Shown here: piece after piece, positions 58,480 through 64,000 of the stretch
How positions within the stretch are numbered: the stretch's first letter is position 1
Layout: every line of letters starts with the position of its first letter
Origin: Clostridiales bacterium
GTDB taxonomy: Bacteria > Bacillota > Clostridia > Saccharofermentanales > Saccharofermentanaceae
Assembly (NCBI GenBank): GCA_017617935.1
Contig: JAFZVF010000059.1
Coordinates: 3,486-67,485, forward strand
DNA length: 64,000 nt
Direction of reading: 5' to 3'
Program-made: the position numbers and the translations under genes
Notes under the pieces: generated by a model
Told to the model about the DNA's origin: nothing
What the model saw: only the letters and a program-made list of their open reading frames with translations
Databases searched by the model: none

Positions 58480-58713
58480 ATGCTCATGAGCATACTTATC
58501 AAAGACACTACAAAAGAAGAGCGTGAGAAGATCGTCGCCGAGTCGATCGGCTACATAGGCGGAACGTGCGACGGCTGCATGGCGGGACTTGCAGAGATGT
58601 ACCAGGATTACATCGACGGCAAGAAGGAGATCCGCGACATCAACATGGAGTTTAAAGCCCGCTACGAGTCAGGCTTGGACGGCCCTGAGAAGAGCGGGTG
58701 CGACCATGCCTAA
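58480..58713 (+). CDS. small hypothetical protein with CxxC
   Basis: ILIKDTTKEERE...CDGC...YQDYIDGKKEI; overlaps the next start. Confidence 0.7.
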   Translation: MLMSILIKDTTKEEREKIVAESIGYIGGTCDGCMAGLAEMYQDYIDGKKEIRDINMEFKARYESGLDGPEKSGCDHA

Positions 58714-60364
58714 CATCACCGATTACGTCCGCTGGTACAAGGACGTCGGATTTGACGTAAAGCCGTTCTGCGACGTAGACAATCTCGTGCTCTGCCAGCT
58801 TTCATATCTCGACCTGAAGCCGGTCATCGGCGAGGATTACACGGACGATTCCGATGCGCCGACGTTGATCGAATGCATCAAGCGATTAAGGCAGCAGGGG
58901 ATCCCGATCCGCAAGCAGGCTCCTGACGACAGCAAGCGCTTTGAAGCGCTCGTCCGCGCATGCGTTGCCTCAAAGAGGTTCGGAACGCTTAAGATAACCC
59001 GTTTCAAGGACGTTTACAGTGACCATTCGTCGATACAGTTCTGTACCATGACCTTCGCTCCGGTGGATAACGAGGGCGCGGGTTACGTTGCCTTCAGGGG
59101 CACGGACAGCACGATCGCCGGCTGGAAGGAGGACTTCATGTTCGCGGTTACGCTGACGGAGTCCCAAAAGATGGCTGTCGACCATCTTGCCGCCGAGATC
59201 GACCGCGTAGGCAAAGTCTATACGGGAGGCCATTCCAAAGGCGGACACCTCGCGATCTACGGTGCCGCATGCCTTGACAGGGACAGGTTTGACAGGCTCG
59301 TTCACGTCTATACCAATGACGGCCCCGGCTTCTGCGAGGACATCCTTTCAGAGGGCATGATCGCTAAGATAGATCCGATCACCACGAGGATAATTCCCGT
59401 TTTCTCTATTGTCGGATGCCAGTTTGAGCCTCACATCACCGACTGCCACGTTGTTAAGAGCGACAAGCTCATGCTCGAACAGCACGAGCTCTGTTCTTGG
59501 ATGATAGACCACGGCGAGCTTTCGGACGCAGGCGAAAAGGATCCCATTTCCAAGATCATCAACCAGGGCATCGACAGATGGTTAAGAACGATCAACTTGG
59601 AAGACAGAAAGAAGTTCATCGACGCGCTCTTTGACTCGATGAGCGCTGGCGACACGCGTACGCTCCAGGAGTTTTCAGATCTTGGGCTCATCGGCTGGGA
59701 AAGGGTCTTCAGGAGCGTCATCAAGGATGACGAGACGATAAGGGACATCGTAGCCGCACTGCCTGATCAGATGCTCTTCCAGGGTGAAGGCAAAAGGTTT
59801 ACCGACAGGCTTTTCAGGTGGAAGATCTTCAAGCAGTACATGTCGTCCGAGCTTGCAAAGGGCCTCATGACGATACTCATCGGCCTTTTGATGTTCCTCA
59901 TCCCGGAAGGCTTCATTTTCTACGTGGTCGGCGCCGCTTTGCTCATCGTGACCACTTTCTTCGTTTGCGCCACGGTCAGAAGGCTCATCAAGGACAAATG
60001 GAACCTCAACAAGCACTTTGCGTACGCCGTCTTGTCGATACTTTTGATCGCGGTCACGCTGATAACCTTCATTAAGCAGGGCGCGCTCTTCGTAATGGCG
60101 AGCGCGATCTTCGGAACGGCATTCCTCGCGCAGGCGTACAACTGCGCAAACAGGGCGAAAAAGGACAACTGGAAGGTCAGAAGGACCTTCCTGATAATCA
60201 TGTGCGTCATTTGGGCCAACTGTGGCATGTTCATTTTGTTCGCGCCCGAAAACACCCTAAGATTCTACATGGTTGTAGTCGCCGTAGTTGCCACTTGCGA
60301 CGGCCTTATCAGGTGTTCGCTGTCTTTCCGCAGGAAAAACAGGAGCGCCGCGAAAGCCAAATGA
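58706..60364 (+). CDS. DUF2974 (Mbeg1-like) alpha/beta hydrolase with C-terminal multi-TM domain
   Basis: VDNLVLCQLSY, AFRGTD..IAGWKEDF, GHSKGG, DGPGF; about 6 C-terminal TMs; start at ATG 58706. Confidence 0.85.
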   Translation: MPNITDYVRWYKDVGFDVKPFCDVDNLVLCQLSYLDLKPVIGEDYTDDSDAPTLIECIKRLRQQGIPIRKQAPDDSKRFEALVRACVASKRFGTLKITRFKDVYSDHSSIQFCTMTFAPVDNEGAGYVAFRGTDSTIAGWKEDFMFAVTLTESQKMAVDHLAAEIDRVGKVYTGGHSKGGHLAIYGAACLDRDRFDRLVHVYTNDGPGFCEDILSEGMIAKIDPITTRIIPVFSIVGCQFEPHITDCHVVKSDKLMLEQHELCSWMIDHGELSDAGEKDPISKIINQGIDRWLRTINLEDRKKFIDALFDSMSAGDTRTLQEFSDLGLIGWERVFRSVIKDDETIRDIVAALPDQMLFQGEGKRFTDRLFRWKIFKQYMSSELAKGLMTILIGLLMFLIPEGFIFYVVGAALLIVTTFFVCATVRRLIKDKWNLNKHFAYAVLSILLIAVTLITFIKQGALFVMASAIFGTAFLAQAYNCANRAKKDNWKVRRTFLIIMCVIWANCGMFILFAPENTLRFYMVVVAVVATCDGLIRCSLSFRRKNRSAAKAK

Positions 60365-60414
60365 TGCCGGCCGTGTGATATAATGAATTCAAATCATTAG
60401 AGGGGGTGCTTACT

Positions 60415-61143
60415 ATGGCGGATGACGTAAACATTGAAGTACAGGAAGCTCAGGAAAAGGTTAAGGCTGCTGAAGCCGCTGCCGAGGAAGCAAGAAAAGA
60501 GGCCGAGAGAATAGCCAAGAAGGCGGAAGAGGCCAAGAAGGAAGCAGAGAAGAAGGCTGAAGCGGACGCAAAGAAGGAAGCCGATAAGAAGGCTGACGAA
60601 GCAAAGAAAGCTGAAGAAGCGAAGAAGGCCGCTGAAGCTGAAGCAAAAAAGGCCGAGGAAGCCAAGAAGGCTGCTGAGGAACAGGAGGCAAAGAAGGCCG
60701 CGGAATTAGCCGCAAAGAAGGCTGAAGAGGATGCCGCAAAGGCCGCAGCCGCAGCCGCGGCAGCTGCAGCCGCCGCGAAGAAGCAGGAAGAGGCGAAAGC
60801 GGCGAAGGAAGCAAAGCGCGCTGAGAAGAAGGAAAAGATCAACGCCCTCAAGGCGCAGTGCCCTCCTCAGTACAAGCCGGTTGGAACTTCCGCTTATTTC
60901 TGGGTAGGCATTCTTTGCTGGCTTCCGATCATCAGCGTTTTCATCACGCTGATCCTCTCCATCGCTCCGAAGAACAGGAACCTCAAGTGCTTTGCACGTT
61001 CAAAGCTTGCTTACTACCTGATCATATTCATCGCATGCCTCATCATCGCCCTCGTTGCGGGTGCGGTAGTGCCTGAAGACAACAAGATCGCGATCGGCAA
61101 TGCCAGCATCAAGATCCTGAACGCTCTCGGAATATATTTCTGA
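60415..61143 (+). CDS. Ala/Glu/Lys-rich coiled-coil membrane protein
   Basis: AKKAEE repeats followed by C-terminal TM segments. Confidence 0.8.
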   Translation: MADDVNIEVQEAQEKVKAAEAAAEEARKEAERIAKKAEEAKKEAEKKAEADAKKEADKKADEAKKAEEAKKAAEAEAKKAEEAKKAAEEQEAKKAAELAAKKAEEDAAKAAAAAAAAAAAAKKQEEAKAAKEAKRAEKKEKINALKAQCPPQYKPVGTSAYFWVGILCWLPIISVFITLILSIAPKNRNLKCFARSKLAYYLIIFIACLIIALVAGAVVPEDNKIAIGNASIKILNALGIYF

Positions 61144-61162
61144 GTCTTGGATTGACTTTACG

Positions 61163-61192
61163 GGCCCCGGTTTTTGAAGCCGGGGCTTTTTT
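61163..61192 (+). terminator. rho-independent terminator
   Basis: GGCCCCGGTTT / AAGCCGGGGCT stem followed by a T-tract. Confidence 0.8.
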
Positions 61193-61296
61193 GTTTTCTT
61201 CTTTTTATCCTTATGTCGCGTGATTGTAACATTGTTAATTTACAATGAACCTGTAATGTAATTGCCCGTATTGTCGGGCAGAAGGGGAACACGACT

Positions 61297-61923
61297 ATGG
61301 ATGAAAAACTGATTTCGAAAAAGGACCTTTTGAATCTTGAGCAGATCTCATATGGCACATTGTACCGTTGGAAGAGGCAGGGATTGATCCCGGAGAGCTG
61401 GTTCATCCATAAGGCTACCGAGATCGGCCAGGCCACGTTCTTCCCTGAAGAGAAGATCCTTGCAAGGATCGACCGCATCAGGGAGCTCAAGAACGAACTG
61501 TCCGTAGAGCAGATGCAGGAGCTCTTCTCCGCAAACGTCGAGAGCTTCAAGATCCCCATGAATGACTTCAAGGAGCTTGAGATGGTCGGCAAGATGTCTC
61601 TTACCGCTTTTTCCGCAGTCTTCCCTGAGAAGGAACTCCTTGATTTCAACGACGTCTTCGGCATGTACGTTGTAGACAACCTCATGAAGCAGTCTGGCAT
61701 CTATCTTGAAGACGCAAAGCAGGTCTTAAGGCTCCTTTGCAAGTATCTTTCAGTTGAAGCTTCAAAGGAATACCAGCTTCTTCTCCTCCGCAAGCTCGGC
61801 GTGCCCATGACGGTTCTCGTCAGAGGCAACGAGGGAATCTTGCTCGAGGACAACACCGAGGTCATCGCTTGCGCAAATCTCGGCGAGTTTGAAGAAGCAC
61901 TCAAGGATCAGCTCATAGCATAA
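61297..61923 (+). CDS. YhbD/DUF4004-family protein (MerR-like HTH N-terminus)
   Basis: LISKKDLL....ISYGTLYRWKRQGLIPESWF......GQATFFP.EKILARI. Confidence 0.82.
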   Translation: MDEKLISKKDLLNLEQISYGTLYRWKRQGLIPESWFIHKATEIGQATFFPEEKILARIDRIRELKNELSVEQMQELFSANVESFKIPMNDFKELEMVGKMSLTAFSAVFPEKELLDFNDVFGMYVVDNLMKQSGIYLEDAKQVLRLLCKYLSVEASKEYQLLLLRKLGVPMTVLVRGNEGILLEDNTEVIACANLGEFEEALKDQLIA

Positions 61924-61933
61924 GAGAAAGAAA

Positions 61934-62410
61934 ATGGCAGCAAGATCATCTGACAACGAAATCTCCCGCGTACTTTCAGTCCTTTCCGAACCTACGAGGA
62001 TCCAGATCATCCGGTTGATATCGGGTTCGGGCGAACTGCGCTCTTGCGATCTCCTTCCTGAATTTGAGATTACGCAGCCGACGCTCTCGCACCATTTGAA
62101 CGTTCTTCTCGAAAACGACGTCCTTACGTCGCGCAAACAGGGAAGATGCGTATACTTTTCGATCAACAGGGGAACGATGAGCCTTGTCGCCGAACTGATG
62201 CAGGGCATTGCGTCAGGAACGGGTGAAAAGCCCATAGCCAAGAAGACGGCGAAGAAAGCGGCTCCCACGAAGAAGGCTGAGCCCGCCGTGACTGAAGTCA
62301 AGTCCGTCCTCAAAGACAAGTCCGCAAAAGTCAAGAAAGACAAGGACAAGAAGGACAAGGACAAGAAAAAGAAGAAGAAGGACAAAAAGGATAAGAAAAA
62401 GAAGAAGTGA
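61934..62410 (+). CDS. ArsR/SmtB regulator with Lys-rich C-terminal tail
   Basis: LSEPTRIQII, ITQPTLSHHLNVL, RKQGRCVYF; tail AKKTAKKAAP...KKDKKKKK. Confidence 0.85.
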   Translation: MAARSSDNEISRVLSVLSEPTRIQIIRLISGSGELRSCDLLPEFEITQPTLSHHLNVLLENDVLTSRKQGRCVYFSINRGTMSLVAELMQGIASGTGEKPIAKKTAKKAAPTKKAEPAVTEVKSVLKDKSAKVKKDKDKKDKDKKKKKKDKKDKKKKK

Positions 62411-62430
62411 GCTTAGGGCTCACTTCTTTT

Positions 62431-63912
62431 TTAGAACAGTACGACCTCGGAAACGTACATCAAAAGCACGCTTATGATATTTATCAGTATCAGGATCAGG
62501 ATGACTTTGAGGTGAGTCAGCTTTTCAGTCACGACCGTTGCGATGAACTCCCTTACGAACGCGTTGATCCAGAAATAACTCTTGGTCTTTGCGCCTATGC
62601 CTTCTGCGTTAAGGCCGTTCTGAATCGCGAGCATGCTCGTCCTGAATACGTGGTAGTTCGTTGTCGAGAAGGCGACCTTGTAGCCATCGGAACCAAAGTG
62701 TTCGCACATCTTGTTCTTGGAGAATCTGATGTTCTCTTCGGTGGATTGTGAATGGGGTTCTGCAAGGATCTGTTCTTCGCTGATTCCTTGTTCAAGAAGA
62801 TAACGCTTTATGGCTTCTGCTTCGGAAATGACCTCGTCGCTTCCCTTGCCGCCGGAGGGAACGAAGACGACCTTTTTGCCGGTCTTTTCCTTTTGCATCT
62901 TGGCAAACTCTATCGCACGGTCGGCACGTGACTTCAAGAGCGGCGTGAGCGAACCGTCCTTTCTGATCTGACAGCCATGGATGATTATGTAATCCTTGTC
63001 AAAAGCAGGTATGTTCCTTGCCGCCTTGATGCTGATGATTATCGTTCCCAAAAGGATGCATTCAAAGTAAGTGACGATGGACGACAGGCCGTTCTCAATG
63101 AATATCTCTACAAAGCGGCCGACGCCTCTTTCAAAGTGAACGTCGATGAGCGTCGTTGTCTGAAGAAACACGCCGGCGAAAAAGAACAGGACTGATCCGA
63201 AGCCCAGGAACAATCCGAGGAAAACGGCCAGGAGATTGCGCCAGGAAACGCCTTCTTTGCGCATCAGCTGAACGTTTGAAACGGTGACGCATATGGTGGT
63301 GATGATTACGACCGGGAAAGTTATCAGGATGAAGGTCTGAGACGAACTGACGGCCTGATAGAATGAGCCTATCAGGCCGTTCTTGAATATGATCGACTTT
63401 ACCTGCGTGTAGGCCACGAACAGCGAGAAGATGATGAGTCCCAGATAAAGCACGTTGTCGTAGCTGTAGAGGTTGTTGTTTACCTTTTGCCTGTAAATGC
63501 GCATTAAATGCGCGATGAGCAGAAAAACGTAAAGGATGATGCAGACGTTGATTGCGGTAAAGCCCGTGCAGTCGCCGAAAAACCTTTCGCTGGTTATTAC
63601 GCCGTCTTTGTGGACGTAGAGGACGCCTACGCCTTCCTCTCCGTTATGGATAATGGACAAGAAGACTTTTCCTTCCGAAACGGACCTTAAGCGCACGAAA
63701 AGCTTTTTGTCCGTAGTATTCCAGTTCAGGACCTCGGCCATTCCCGTTGAGTCTTTGGCGATCGTGACGTCCGTGACGTTCATTGAGGAATTGAACTGCT
63801 TGTCGACGTAAACGTATTCACGGCCAACCGTGCGGATAAAAAAATAACCCGCCACTGCGATCAGGACGGCGAGGAGTATGAAATAATACTTTTTCAAAAA
63901 CCCAATTAACAT
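62431..63912 (-). CDS. YdcF/ElyC (DUF218) family membrane protein
   Basis: IIIHGC, LKSRADRA, SGGKGSDE..SEA, STEENI.FS, TTNYHVFR, AFVREF. Confidence 0.85.
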   Translation of the reverse strand: MLIGFLKKYYFILLAVLIAVAGYFFIRTVGREYVYVDKQFNSSMNVTDVTIAKDSTGMAEVLNWNTTDKKLFVRLRSVSEGKVFLSIIHNGEEGVGVLYVHKDGVITSERFFGDCTGFTAINVCIILYVFLLIAHLMRIYRQKVNNNLYSYDNVLYLGLIIFSLFVAYTQVKSIIFKNGLIGSFYQAVSSSQTFILITFPVVIITTICVTVSNVQLMRKEGVSWRNLLAVFLGLFLGFGSVLFFFAGVFLQTTTLIDVHFERGVGRFVEIFIENGLSSIVTYFECILLGTIIISIKAARNIPAFDKDYIIIHGCQIRKDGSLTPLLKSRADRAIEFAKMQKEKTGKKVVFVPSGGKGSDEVISEAEAIKRYLLEQGISEEQILAEPHSQSTEENIRFSKNKMCEHFGSDGYKVAFSTTNYHVFRTSMLAIQNGLNAEGIGAKTKSYFWINAFVREFIATVVTEKLTHLKVILILILINIISVLLMYVSEVVLF

Positions 63913-64000
63913 ACCTAATGAAGTATAACCCAAAAAACTTGGCAATTGATGAGGAAACTAAGGCAAAAAAACCTGCTAACAAAAATCAAGAGTTTGTTGG

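Overview
A chromosomal segment from a monoderm Firmicute. Gene content and order point to Clostridia, possibly a gut or rumen anaerobe; this taxonomy is an inference. The housekeeping backbone is rpsF'-ssb-rpsR-rplI-dnaB-tilS-hpt-ftsH, rpsU, recJ-relA, rnj, proS, a TPP riboswitch with thiT, hpf and a feoA-feoB fusion. The main accessory block is a ~21 kb type IV pilus locus (8.7-29.6 kb) with several unusual traits. It has two complementary half-functional prepilin peptidases: one keeps only the peptidase motifs, and the other keeps the Zn/methyltransferase domain but has lost a catalytic Asp. It also encodes a ~3,100-aa giant modular pilin, an AT-rich GT-C-like membrane gene directly behind the major pilin, an apparently uncleavable pilin paralog heading the operon, an MshEN-type PilB and a PilM-PilN fusion, with no pilT. 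Outside that locus, a dispersed intergenic repeat family has strict 54+18 = 72 bp geometry at three loci. An ORF6N gene has a palindromic coding motif that is echoed upstream. An ECF sigma / putative anti-sigma / PrsW / surface-protein module carries a relic second copy, and a bacterial-type PARG follows it. I saw no tRNA, rRNA, CRISPR array, transposase or integrase.
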